Translations under genes and position numbers: made by a program
Source: Candidatus Krumholzibacteriota bacterium
GTDB lineage: Bacteria > Krumholzibacteriota > Krumholzibacteriia > JAJRXK01
Direction: 5' to 3'
Assembly (NCBI GenBank): GCA_963764625.1
Contig: CAVXTH010000006.1
Span: 128,001-192,000, forward strand
Length of the DNA: 64,000 bases
Part shown: piece by piece, positions 9,592-18,848 of the stretch
How positions within the stretch are numbered: the first letter of the stretch is position 1
Layout of the letters: every line of letters starts with the position of its first letter
The notes under the pieces: model-generated
Databases searched by the model: none
Seen by the model: the letters and a program-made list of their open reading frames with translations, nothing else
Told to the model about the DNA's origin: nothing

Positions 9592-9620
9592 TTGACAGAG
9601 GGGGCCCCCACTGATAGATT
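9592..9620 (+). promoter_or_regulatory. sigma-70 promoter of the rplM operon
   Basis: TTGACA (9592-9597), 17-bp spacer, TAGATT (9615-9620) with extended TGn. Confidence 0.7.
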
Positions 9621-9730
9621 TCTTCTTCTGCCGTCGGAAACCGACGTTTTTCGACCCATTCACGGCAAGGTTGACGCACCGGAAACCGCCCGCGGGCGGT
9701 TGTTGTGCGTCTCTGACGGAGGAAAGTGTC

Positions 9731-10183
9731 TTGAAGACCTACAGCGCCAAAGCTGGCGATGTACAGCACGATTGGTACGTGGTGGACGCGACGGATGTGC
9801 CTCTGGGACGTCTCGCCACCCGGGTGGCAACGGTGCTGCGCGGCAAGCACAAGCCCATGTTCACGCCGAGCATGGACACGGGCGACCATGTCGTGGTGGT
9901 GCATGCCGGCGAGGTGAAACTCACCGGCCGCAAGCTCGACCAAAAGATCTATCAGCGTTACTCGGGTTACCCCGGCGGTCGTCAGACCTGGACCGCGCGC
10001 GAGATGCTCGAGAAACGACCCGAAGAAGTCATCAAGCTCGCGGTTCGGGGCATGCTGCCCAAGAACCGTCTTGGCCGACAAATGATCAAGAAGCTCAAGG
10101 TGTATGCCGGCGGCGAGCATCCTCATACCGCCCAGAAGCCCGAGCAATTGGAGTTGAAGAGTGGCTACAACCGCGACAATTGA
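9731..10183 (+). CDS. rplM: 50S ribosomal protein L13
   Basis: [25 protein letters not shown] and GMLPKN motifs. TTG start after GGAGG. Confidence 0.96.
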   Translation: MKTYSAKAGDVQHDWYVVDATDVPLGRLATRVATVLRGKHKPMFTPSMDTGDHVVVVHAGEVKLTGRKLDQKIYQRYSGYPGGRQTWTAREMLEKRPEEVIKLAVRGMLPKNRLGRQMIKKLKVYAGGEHPHTAQKPEQLELKSGYNRDN

Positions 10184-10565
10184 ACGGCACTACGGGACCG
10201 GCCGCCGCAAAGAGGCGGTAGCGCGGGTCTGGATCACTCCCGGATCGGGGAAGATCCAAGTGAACAAGCGCAGCTTCGAGGATTTTTTCCCGGCGGAAAC
10301 GCATCAGCTCATCATCAAGGGTCCCTTCGAGGCCATCGGCAAACCCGGTGAGTTCGACGTGGTGGCTACGGTGAAGGGTGGAGGTCCCTCGGGACAGGCC
10401 GGCGCCCTGCGACACGGAATCGCGCGTGCGCTGACGAAACTCGATGAGGCCTATCGGCCGGCGCTTCGCAAGGCCGGTTTCATCACCCGCGACGCCCGTG
10501 AGGTGGAGCGGAAGAAGTACGGTCAGCCTGGCGCCCGCAAGAACTTCCAGTTCAGCAAGCGTTAG
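10161..10565 (+). CDS. rpsI: 30S ribosomal protein S9
   Basis: [31 protein letters not shown] and the C-terminal QFSKR. Confidence 0.97.
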   Translation: MATTATIERHYGTGRRKEAVARVWITPGSGKIQVNKRSFEDFFPAETHQLIIKGPFEAIGKPGEFDVVATVKGGGPSGQAGALRHGIARALTKLDEAYRPALRKAGFITRDAREVERKKYGQPGARKNFQFSKR

Positions 10566-10584
10566 AAACGGCCAGGCGATCGAT

Positions 10585-10665
10585 TTCACACTCGTCGGGA
10601 GTGTTCCCCCCAGGTGCGCTTGGCGTAGGGGAAACGCGAAGATCGGCGGGTAGGTTTCAACCTGA
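10585..10665 (+). promoter_or_regulatory. rpsB leader RNA (t44-like S2 autoregulatory element)
   Basis: CACAC...AGGTGC...AGGTTTCAACCT layout with a TTCCCC/GGGGAA stem in the rpsB 5' UTR. It parallels the GGGGUGC...AACCCC rpsB leader pattern. Confidence 0.5.
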
Positions 10666-10703
10666 AAGGGCCCGGCGTGGCTGGGCAAAGGAGTCAGGGC
10701 GAC

Positions 10704-11615
10704 ATGTCCCACGACATCACCCTCAAAGACCTCCTCGAGGCCGGTGTCCACTTCGGTCATCAGACCCGCAAGTGGAACCCGAAGATGAAGGAGTACATCT
10801 TCATCTCTCGTGGAGGCATCCACATCATCGATCTTCAGAAGACCCTACGTAACATCGACAAGGCCTACCAGTTCATCAGGGATACCGCCGCCTCGGGAAA
10901 GAAGGTCCTCTTCGTCGCGACCAAGAAGCAGGCGCGCATTCCCATCATGGAAGCCGCCAAGGCCGTCGACATGCCATACGTCACCGAGCGCTGGCTGGGT
11001 GGCATGCTCACCAACTTCCAGACCGTGAGCAAAAGCATCCGCAAGCTCGAGGAAATCGAGCGGGTCCTCGACGGCCCAGAGCGCGAAATGCTCTCCAAGA
11101 AGGAGACCCTTCAGCTCGAGCGTGAGAGAGTGAAGCTGGATCGAAATCTGGGCGGCATCCGCGAGATGGATCGCCTTCCCGGAGCCCTTTTCGTCATCGA
11201 CACGCAGGAAGAGGAAACCGCGGTACGTGAGGCGCGCAAGCTCGGCATCCCGGTGGTGGGCATCGTCGATACCAACGCCGATCCAGACGTGATCCACTAC
11301 CTCATTCCGGGCAACGACGACGCGATCCGTTCCATCCAGCTCTTCACGCGCTTGGCCAAGAACGCCATCTCCGATGGGGTCGCGGCACGCACCGAAGGTG
11401 CGGTCGTTGCCGAGGTCGAGATGGAGGATGCGTCGCAGGAGAGTTCGAGCGCTGGCCTCGAACAGAGCGCGGGCAGCGACGATCTCAAAGTGAGCGACGA
11501 GAAGTCCGAGGCCAGCAAGAAGGATGCGGCGGACGGCGGGACCACTTTGCGTGCCGGCAGCGGCGCCGCAGCCGCGCGGGCTGGCAACGGGAACGAGGCA
11601 CCGGCCGAGGCCTGA
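10704..11615 (+). CDS. rpsB: 30S ribosomal protein S2 with acidic, low-complexity C-terminal tail
   Basis: [29 protein letters not shown] and PGNDDAIRS motifs. Confidence 0.97.
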   Translation: MSHDITLKDLLEAGVHFGHQTRKWNPKMKEYIFISRGGIHIIDLQKTLRNIDKAYQFIRDTAASGKKVLFVATKKQARIPIMEAAKAVDMPYVTERWLGGMLTNFQTVSKSIRKLEEIERVLDGPEREMLSKKETLQLERERVKLDRNLGGIREMDRLPGALFVIDTQEEETAVREARKLGIPVVGIVDTNADPDVIHYLIPGNDDAIRSIQLFTRLAKNAISDGVAARTEGAVVAEVEMEDASQESSSAGLEQSAGSDDLKVSDEKSEASKKDAADGGTTLRAGSGAAAARAGNGNEAPAEA

Positions 11616-11749
11616 GCTGCGCGAGGGCTTCGCTTGCAACGCGAGTAGCTGAAGTGGTATTGCCCGACCGCCCTAGCGCGAGTCAGCTACTGCACGGATC
11701 CAACGACACCTTGAATTCAACGAGGGATTTCGCAGAGGAGAACAGGCCG

Positions 11750-12343
11750 ATGAAGATTACCGCCAGCATGGTCAAGGAATTGAGAGAGAAGACCGGAGCC
11801 GGCATGATGGACTGCAAGAAGGCCCTCCAGGAGGTCGAAGGCGACCTGGAGAAGGCCGTCAATTGCCTGCGCAAGAAGGGAATCGCGGCCGCGTCCAAGA
11901 AGGCGGGCCGGGAGACGAGCCAAGGTCTGGTCGAGGCCTACATTCACCCCGGAGGGCAGGTGGGGGTTTTGGTCGAGGTCAACTGTGAAACCGACTTCGT
12001 GGCCCGCACCGACGAGTTCAAGACCTTCGTGCGTGACCTGGCCATGCACATCGCGGCGGCCAATCCCGTGGCGCTTTCCGGTGACGACCTCGACGAAGCG
12101 GTACTCGCCAACGAGCGTGAGATCTACCGCGCCCAGGGCGAAGCCGAAGGCAAGCCCAAGGAGATCGTGGAAAAGATCGTCGAGGGCCGTATCGCCAAGT
12201 ACAAGAAAGAGGTTTCCCTGCTCGACCAGCCGTTCGTCAAGAACCCCGACGAGACGGTGGGCGAACTTCTAAAATCGAAGATCGGCAGTCTGGGAGAGAA
12301 CATGAGCATCCGCCGCTTCTCTCGCTTCCAGATCGGCTCCTAG
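11750..12343 (+). CDS. tsf: elongation factor Ts (short form)
   Basis: VKELREKTGAGMMDCKKAL and NCETDFVA motifs. ATG follows GAGGAG. Confidence 0.96.
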   Translation: MKITASMVKELREKTGAGMMDCKKALQEVEGDLEKAVNCLRKKGIAAASKKAGRETSQGLVEAYIHPGGQVGVLVEVNCETDFVARTDEFKTFVRDLAMHIAAANPVALSGDDLDEAVLANEREIYRAQGEAEGKPKEIVEKIVEGRIAKYKKEVSLLDQPFVKNPDETVGELLKSKIGSLGENMSIRRFSRFQIGS

Positions 12344-12368
12344 CTGTTTGCCGGGTTGGTGGGATGCG

Positions 12369-13076
12369 TTGAAATTGCCGAGCTTTTCCCGGATACTCCT
12401 CAAGCTGAGCGGTGAAATCCTGCGCGAGGGCGAGAATGCCTTCGCGCCGGAGTGTATGGAGCCCTTGGCGGACGCCATTGCCCGCGTGCACGCAAATGGC
12501 GTGCAGGTGGGAATCGTGGTCGGCGGGGGAAATCTCCTGCGGGGACGTAGCGTCCCGGCGGAGCTCTCGCGCGCCGACGCGGATCAGGCGGGCATGCTCG
12601 CGACGATCCTCAACACGGCGATGCTCCGGTTTCATCTGGAGGCCAAGCGCGTGCCGTGCCGGGTCTTCTCGCCGCGCGCGGTGGAACCCGTTTCCGAGGC
12701 CTTCCATCGTGCACGTGCTCTTTCCGCCATGGAGGCAGGCGAGGTGCTGCTCCTGGGGGGAGGGACCGGCAACCCCTTCTTCTCCACCGATTCGGCGGCC
12801 GCCCTGCGCGCGATCGAGCTGGAGTGCGAGATCGTGCTGAAGGGAACGCTGGTGGACGGGGTCTACGACGACGATCCCCATCGCAACCCCCAAGCCAAGC
12901 GCTTCGACCAGCTCAGCTTCGACGAGGTGATCCGGCGCGATCTGAGAGTGATGGACCAGACCGCCATTGCCCTCTGCCGGGATCACGGGATGAAAATCAT
13001 GGTCTTCGACATCACCGACGCGCAGAATCTGGTCTCGGTGGTGGAAGGAAAGCTCAGAGGCACCGTGATCGGCTGA
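12369..13076 (+). CDS. pyrH: UMP kinase
   Basis: ILLKLSGE, VVGGGN, GMLAT, GGTGNPFFSTD and VDGVYDDDP motifs. Start is approximate. Confidence 0.95.
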   Translation: MKLPSFSRILLKLSGEILREGENAFAPECMEPLADAIARVHANGVQVGIVVGGGNLLRGRSVPAELSRADADQAGMLATILNTAMLRFHLEAKRVPCRVFSPRAVEPVSEAFHRARALSAMEAGEVLLLGGGTGNPFFSTDSAAALRAIELECEIVLKGTLVDGVYDDDPHRNPQAKRFDQLSFDEVIRRDLRVMDQTAIALCRDHGMKIMVFDITDAQNLVSVVEGKLRGTVIG

Positions 13077-13117
13077 GCATCGGTCGGGCGGGCCATTCGG
13101 CTCCGAGGAGGGCTTCG

Positions 13118-13675
13118 ATGCTGGACGAGATTTACAACGATCTACAAGAACGCATGGACAAGACCCTGGAGGCGCTGCGGCGCGAGCTGGGTCATCTGCG
13201 CACAGGGAAGGCAACCCCCAAACTCCTCGACGGCGTGGTGGTGGAGGCCTACGGATCGAAGATGCCGCTCAACCAGCTCGCCTCCATCGGCGCGCCCGAG
13301 CCGCGACTCTTGACGATCCAACCCTTCGACCACTCGCAACTGGGCGCCATCGAGAAGGCTCTGTTGGCGAGCGACCTCGGCATTACTCCCAACAACGACG
13401 GCAGCCTCATTCGTCTGCCCATTCCCGCGCTCAACGAGGAGCGCCGTCGCGAGTACGTCAAGCTGGCCAAGAAGTACAGCGAGGAGGCCAAAGTGGCGCT
13501 GCGCAACGTGCGGCGCGACGGCAACGACAAGATCAAGAAGGCCGAGGGCGACAGCGATCTCACCAAGGACGAAGCCCACCGCGGCCAAGATCAAGTCCAA
13601 AAGCTCACCGACGAGTACGTGGCCAAAGTCGACGAAATCCTCGCCGCCAAAGAGACGGAGATCATGGAGGTTTGA
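13118..13675 (+). CDS. frr: ribosome recycling factor
   Basis: LRTGKATP, YGSKMPLNQ, PNNDG and ERRRE motifs. ATG follows GAGGAG. Confidence 0.96.
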   Translation: MLDEIYNDLQERMDKTLEALRRELGHLRTGKATPKLLDGVVVEAYGSKMPLNQLASIGAPEPRLLTIQPFDHSQLGAIEKALLASDLGITPNNDGSLIRLPIPALNEERRREYVKLAKKYSEEAKVALRNVRRDGNDKIKKAEGDSDLTKDEAHRGQDQVQKLTDEYVAKVDEILAAKETEIMEV

Positions 13676-13684
13676 GGGGAGTCA

Positions 13685-13935
13685 ATGGCTGACGAACCGG
13701 ACCGCGCTCGCGTATCTCGGGCTGAATCTCCTCTTCGCGACGATCCACGCCGGCCTCGACCTCCAACTCAGTGCTCTATTTCTCGGTTCAGACCTCGTCG
13801 ACCATCGGCTACGGGCACATCAGTCCACATGGCGACATCGCGAAGCTGGTCGATACCATGGAGTCATTCTTCGGGTTGCTCGGAGTGGCCCTCATGACCG
13901 GGATCGTCTTCGCGCGCTTTTCCCGCCCGGAGCCC
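13685..13935 (+). pseudogene. decayed inward-rectifier (KirBac-type) potassium channel remnant
   Basis: The frame from 13686 encodes an M1-like helix ALAYLGLNLLFATIHAG. The frame from 13771 encodes LYFSVQTSSTIGYG...ESFFGLLGVALMTGIVFARFSRP (pore helix, filter, M2). The cytoplasmic domain is missing. Confidence 0.8.
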
Positions 13936-14111
13936 ACAGGAGTTCCCCTATTGCTTTCCGGTGCGCTAAGCGCCAATCTCCGCTATAGTTGGGACGAAGA
14001 GGGGATGGTCGAGAGGGCGGTTCTTCCGCCGCTCCGGCTGTGAGCCCCACGCCCGGCGCCATGTCCCGAACCGGAGGAAACCAGGGAGGGCAGGACCCTC
14101 CGTCGAACCCG

Positions 14112-14861
14112 ATGGCCACGAGACTGCAGACGAGCTCCCACACTTCCGAGACCGTCGACCGAAGCAAGCTTCCGCGTCACATCGCCGTGATCATGGACGG
14201 CAACGGTCGTTGGGCGCGCAAACGTGCCATGCCGCGCATTGCGGGACACCGCGCCGGCCGGCACGCGGTGCGTGAGGTCGTCCGTAGCTGTGCCGAACTG
14301 GGGATCGAAGCCCTCACCCTCTACACCTTCTCGGTGGAAAACTGGAAGCGGCCCAGCTACGAGGTGAAGGCCCTGTGGTCCTTCCTCGAGGAAGTTCTCC
14401 GTAGCGAATTCCTCGAGCTCGCCGACAACAACATTCGCCTCATCGCCACCGGTGATCTCAGGCCCATTCCCGAACCGGCGCGGCGCGCGCTGGAACGAGC
14501 CCAGGTCGATCTGCGCGAGAACACCGGCATGATCTTGAACCTGGCGGTGAGCTACGGCTCACGCAGCGAGATCGTCGAAGCGGCGCGCGGCTTCGCGCGC
14601 GATGTGGCCGAGGGAAAGTGTCGCCCCGAGGAGCTCGACGAAAAACTCTTCGGCGAGTACCTCTATGCCCCCGAGCTTCCCGATCCCGATCTCCTCATTC
14701 GCACCAGCGGAGAGATGAGGCTGAGCAACTTCTTGCTGTGGCAACTCGCGTACGCCGAACTCTACGTCACCGAAACGCTCTGGCCCGATTTCGGCCGCGC
14801 CGAACTCATGGCGGCCATCGCGGCGTACCAGAGACGGGACCGGCGTTTTGGCGCAGTCTGA
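14112..14861 (+). CDS. uppS: undecaprenyl diphosphate synthase (isoprenyl transferase)
   Basis: HIAVIMDGNGRWA, FSVENWKRP and PDLLIRTSGEMRLSNFLLWQ motifs. Alternative start at 14061. Confidence 0.96.
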   Translation: MATRLQTSSHTSETVDRSKLPRHIAVIMDGNGRWARKRAMPRIAGHRAGRHAVREVVRSCAELGIEALTLYTFSVENWKRPSYEVKALWSFLEEVLRSEFLELADNNIRLIATGDLRPIPEPARRALERAQVDLRENTGMILNLAVSYGSRSEIVEAARGFARDVAEGKCRPEELDEKLFGEYLYAPELPDPDLLIRTSGEMRLSNFLLWQLAYAELYVTETLWPDFGRAELMAAIAAYQRRDRRFGAV

Positions 14862-15714
14862 GGCAGGCGCGAGGCGACCGGCCCAGGGGCGTTCGGATCT
14901 GGCGCTCCGCATCTTGGCCGCGGCGCTCTTTCTTCCCAGCGCATTCTTCATCACCCTGCACGGCGACCTTCAATTTCTCTTTCTGGTCGACGTAGTCGTC
15001 TTCACCGGTCTGTGGGAGTTCTACGGACTGCTCGAGACCAAGGGCTTTCATCCCGCGCGCAAGATCGGGGTGTTCTGCGGACTCGCTCTGACCTGGTACG
15101 CCTACTTTCGCGGCGGGATCTACCTCAACTTCTTGCTCTCGGTTGCGCTGCTGGTGTTGATGACGGTTGCACTCGCGCGGCGTAGCGTGGAGCAGGCGGT
15201 TCTGCACATCTCCTCGACCATCTTCGGCGTCCTCTACGTGGGGTGGCTCGGCAGCCACTTCGTTCTTCTGCGCGAGCTCCCCCTACTGGGAGGACTCGAC
15301 TATCGTCTGGGCGCGCGCTTCGTCTTTCTCGCCGTCCTTTTGACCTGGTCGTGCGACAGTGGCGCCTATTTCGTGGGAAGGTCGATTGGCAAGCATCCAC
15401 TTCTCCCACGGGTGAGTCCGAAAAAAACCTGGGAAGGCGCCGCGGGTGGGGTGCTCTTCAGCCTGGTGGCGGGCGCGGTCGCGCACTTCACCTTCGCGTC
15501 CTATCTTAATCTTTCCACCGCGTTGAGCCTGGCGGTGGTGGCCGCAGTCGCCGGAGTTACCGGTGATCTGGTCGAGTCGCTCATGAAACGCGATTCTCAC
15601 GTGAAAGACTCCGCCACCCTAATTCCCGGGCACGGCGGTACGCTGGATCGTTTCGACAGTCTTCTGTTTTCGGTCCCCTTGATCTACTACTTCCTGAAGT
15701 TCTTCGTGATCTGA
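14848..15714 (+). CDS. cdsA: phosphatidate cytidylyltransferase
   Basis: Multi-TM protein with DSGAYFVG, SPKKTWEG and KDSATLIPGHGGTLDRFDS motifs. Confidence 0.95.
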   Translation: MAQSEAGARRPAQGRSDLALRILAAALFLPSAFFITLHGDLQFLFLVDVVVFTGLWEFYGLLETKGFHPARKIGVFCGLALTWYAYFRGGIYLNFLLSVALLVLMTVALARRSVEQAVLHISSTIFGVLYVGWLGSHFVLLRELPLLGGLDYRLGARFVFLAVLLTWSCDSGAYFVGRSIGKHPLLPRVSPKKTWEGAAGGVLFSLVAGAVAHFTFASYLNLSTALSLAVVAAVAGVTGDLVESLMKRDSHVKDSATLIPGHGGTLDRFDSLLFSVPLIYYFLKFFVI

Positions 15715-15718
15715 GACC

Positions 15719-16888
15719 ATGGCCACTTACCCTCGACCCCTCGTCCTTTTGGGCGCCACTGGCTCCATCGGCCAGAGCACCCTGGACATCCTCGGGCGCT
15801 TTTTGGGCCGCTTTCAGGTCGTGGCCGTCTCGGCCCGCAGCCGCCACGAGGAACTCGCCCAAATCGTTCGGACGCATGAAGTCGAGCACTTCGCGCTGGT
15901 GGAGGAGTCGGCGCGCGAGGCATTTTGCCAGGCGAATCCCGATCTGAAGCCCCGTCTGGCTGGGGGGGGCGGGGAGGGCATCCTGGAGCTTGTGGAGCGT
16001 GCCCCCGCCGATGCGCTGGTGGTCAACGGTCTGGTCGGTGCGGCGGGACTTCAACCCACCGTCGCCGCCCTGCGTCGGGGTCTCGACGTGGCCCTGGCCA
16101 ACAAGGAAGCCCTCGTGGTGGGAGGAGAGCTGGTGCTTCAGGCTGCCCGCGAGAGTGGGGCCACTCTGTGGCCGGTGGACAGCGAGCACTCCGCCATCGC
16201 TCAGTGCCTCCGCGCGGCCGGACCGGGCGAGTTGCGCCGGATCTGGCTCACCGCCTCCGGCGGACCCTTCCGCGATACGGCGCCCGAGGATCTGGCGAAG
16301 GTGACTCTGGAACAGGTTTTGGACCACCCCAACTGGGACATGGGCCCCAAGATCACCGTCGACAGCGCCACCATGATGAACAAGGGTTTGGAGGTCATCG
16401 AGGCGCTGCACCTCTTCGGGCTTCCCCTGAGCGAGATCCACATCGTGCTGCACCGGCAGTCAATCGTGCACAGCATGATCGAGTTGCGAGATGGGGCCTT
16501 TCTGGCCCAGCTGGGGACGCCGGACATGCGCCTGCCCATCCTCTACGCACTCACGCAGGGAGAGCACTGGGCCACCGATTTCCCCTCCCTGGACCCCTTG
16601 CGCATGGGTAGCCTCGACTTCGAGGAACCCGACCCGCGCCGCTACCCCTGCCTCGCCCTGGCCCGGGCCGCGGCCGAGAGCGCAGGCTCCGCCCCACTGG
16701 TCCTCAACGCCGCCAACGAGGAGGCGGTGGCAGGACTCTTGCGGGAGAAGCTATCCTTTGTGGACATCGCTCCTCTCATCGAACGGGCGCTGCAGAGTCT
16801 GAGTGGGCCGGCTCCGCGTTCGGTGCCCGAAGCCCTGGAAAAAGACACCGAAACGCGCCGTCTGGTGCGTTCCTGGATCACATCCTGA
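15719..16888 (+). CDS. dxr: 1-deoxy-D-xylulose-5-phosphate reductoisomerase
   Basis: LGATGSIG, LANKE, PVDSEH, TASGGPF and MGPKITVDSATMMNKGLEVIEA motifs. Confidence 0.97.
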   Translation: MATYPRPLVLLGATGSIGQSTLDILGRFLGRFQVVAVSARSRHEELAQIVRTHEVEHFALVEESAREAFCQANPDLKPRLAGGGGEGILELVERAPADALVVNGLVGAAGLQPTVAALRRGLDVALANKEALVVGGELVLQAARESGATLWPVDSEHSAIAQCLRAAGPGELRRIWLTASGGPFRDTAPEDLAKVTLEQVLDHPNWDMGPKITVDSATMMNKGLEVIEALHLFGLPLSEIHIVLHRQSIVHSMIELRDGAFLAQLGTPDMRLPILYALTQGEHWATDFPSLDPLRMGSLDFEEPDPRRYPCLALARAAAESAGSAPLVLNAANEEAVAGLLREKLSFVDIAPLIERALQSLSGPAPRSVPEALEKDTETRRLVRSWITS

Positions 16889-16940
16889 AGCCCGCGGCCC
16901 ATGGAGGTCTGGCTCCAGGGGTAACGCATACGGTGGTGGC

Positions 16941-18305
16941 ATGAATCTCGAGCAGATCCTGGCCTTCGTCTTCGTTCTCGGCGTGGTCGTCATCATCCAC
17001 GAGGGAGGGCACTTCCTCGTGGCCAAGTCGGTGGGGGTCTACGTGAAGACCTTTTCCGTCGGCTTCGGCCCCAAGCTGCTCCGCAAGCGCTGGGGAGGGA
17101 CCGAGTACGCGCTCTCCGCCGTACCCTTCGGCGGCTATGTGAAAATGGCCGGCGAAGGTGCCATGGAAGAGATCCAGGACACCGGCACCGGCGGCGAGGT
17201 GGACAGCGAAGGCGAGGTCATCCCCCCCGAGCAGTATTTTTCGAGCAAGTCGCCCTGGCAACGGCTGGCCATCGTGGTCGCGGGTCCTCTGGCCAACCTG
17301 GTGCTGGCGCTGGTGGTGATGGTCGGACTGGTCTGGGTAGGGGGCGTGCCGGTGATCCCGGTGACCGAGGTGGGGAAGGTGGTCGAGGGTGGCCCCGCGG
17401 CCGAGGCCGGGCTGCAGACGGGCGATCAAATTCTTCAGGTGGCGGGAACCAGGGTGACCACCTGGGACGGCGTGCTCGATGAAATCGTGGAGGAGACCCA
17501 AGCGAAGCATCTTCCTCTGGACATCACCTACGAACGTCAGGGGGAAACCAAGACCGCGAAGCTCACACCTCTCAAAGATAACACGAGCGGACGCTGGCGC
17601 ATCGGAATGGACTACCGGCACGACACGCGCGTGGGCACGGTGAAGAAGGGGGGAGCGGCTTGGCGCGCCGGTCTGCGCAGGGGCGACGTGATCGTAAGCA
17701 TCAACGGCGAGGAAATGAAGGATTACGGACAGATTGCCAAAGTCGTCAACGAGAGCATCGGGGTTCCTCTGGAGATCGCCTGGACGCGAGGCGGAAAGCC
17801 CTACCACGCTACCGTCGTTCCCCAAGCAGCCGAGGTACCGATCGATTTCAAGAATGTCGAGACGGTGGGACGCATCTACTACGAGCCCTACCGGGAGAAG
17901 CGTCCGGTGAGCTTCGCCGAAGCGGCCACGCTCGGCGCGCAGGCGACCTGGAGGACGGTCGATCAGACCGCCACCTTCCTGGTGGTTCTGGTGCGGGGTG
18001 GAGCCTCGCGGGACGCGGTGAGCGGTCCGGTGCGCATCGCGCAGTTCGCCGGCCAGATGGTGGAGTGGGGTTTCGACTACCTACTGGGATTCCTGGCCCT
18101 GTTCAGCGTCAACCTCTTCCTGCTGAATCTCTTGCCGATCCCGGTTTTGGATGGAGGGCACGCGGCGTTCATCACCTACGAGTTGATCACACGACGTCGT
18201 GCCGATGAGAGAATTCAGACGGTCGCCACCCAGGTGGGGTTCGTCCTCCTCCTTCTCCTCATGGCCTATGTCATCACCATGGACGTCATCAAGGTCGCGA
18301 GCTGA
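16941..18305 (+). CDS. rseP: RIP metalloprotease RseP (two PDZ domains)
   Basis: HEGGH, FSVGFG, PFGGYV, AGPLAN and NLLPIPVLDGGH motifs. Confidence 0.95.
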   Translation: MNLEQILAFVFVLGVVVIIHEGGHFLVAKSVGVYVKTFSVGFGPKLLRKRWGGTEYALSAVPFGGYVKMAGEGAMEEIQDTGTGGEVDSEGEVIPPEQYFSSKSPWQRLAIVVAGPLANLVLALVVMVGLVWVGGVPVIPVTEVGKVVEGGPAAEAGLQTGDQILQVAGTRVTTWDGVLDEIVEETQAKHLPLDITYERQGETKTAKLTPLKDNTSGRWRIGMDYRHDTRVGTVKKGGAAWRAGLRRGDVIVSINGEEMKDYGQIAKVVNESIGVPLEIAWTRGGKPYHATVVPQAAEVPIDFKNVETVGRIYYEPYREKRPVSFAEAATLGAQATWRTVDQTATFLVVLVRGGASRDAVSGPVRIAQFAGQMVEWGFDYLLGFLALFSVNLFLLNLLPIPVLDGGHAAFITYELITRRRADERIQTVATQVGFVLLLLLMAYVITMDVIKVAS

Positions 18306-18328
18306 CGATCTCCGGCCCCCGAGGAGGG

Positions 18329-18718
18329 TCAGGGTCTCGGCTTGGCGGTTTCGGGAGACCCTTCCCCGGGCTGGCCACTGGTGGGGCTACGCTCTGACCG
18401 CAGAGGGGCTCGCAGGCTGTCCTGCAGGGCTTGGAAGAGGAACTGACCCCGGCTCGGCTCCTCCCAGAGCTTCTGGATCCGTTGGCTGAGACCGGTGGTG
18501 TCGGAGTGAGCGAGGAAACTGTCCAATTGAGCCTGGGCGCTGTCGGGATACTGTTCGGCGAGGATCCTAATCTCAGATAGTTTGAGCAATTGCCCGAGCA
18601 GGGGCCGATCCTCGGGGTCCAGCGCTTTCTGCCGCTTCTCGGAGCACGCCGACAAGCTCAGGACCAGGGCCAAAGCCGCGAGAAGGCGTCGAAGCCGGTA
18701 GGAGGGCGTAACTTTCAT
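18329..18718 (-). CDS. hypothetical lipoprotein
   Basis: Basic N-terminus, hydrophobic stretch and lipobox LSAC. It fills the gap between rseP and tamA. Start may be 18730. Confidence 0.65.
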   Translation of the reverse strand: MKVTPSYRLRRLLAALALVLSLSACSEKRQKALDPEDRPLLGQLLKLSEIRILAEQYPDSAQAQLDSFLAHSDTTGLSQRIQKLWEEPSRGQFLFQALQDSLRAPLRSERSPTSGQPGEGSPETAKPRP

Positions 18719-18848
18719 GGTTGTCCTCATCTGCGGTTGGAACCTATAACAGCGGAAGGACTTTGGCTACTAACTGGTCGAATCGCAAGCATCAGGTCGT
18801 CGGGAGCAAGGGAAGGTCTTGGACGCCTCGCGTCGAAATCATCTTCGG

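Noticed and set aside
11750-12343. EF-Ts only 197 aa, possible truncation
   Set aside because: The short EF-Ts form is a known natural variant and ends with the normal RRFSRFQIG motif.
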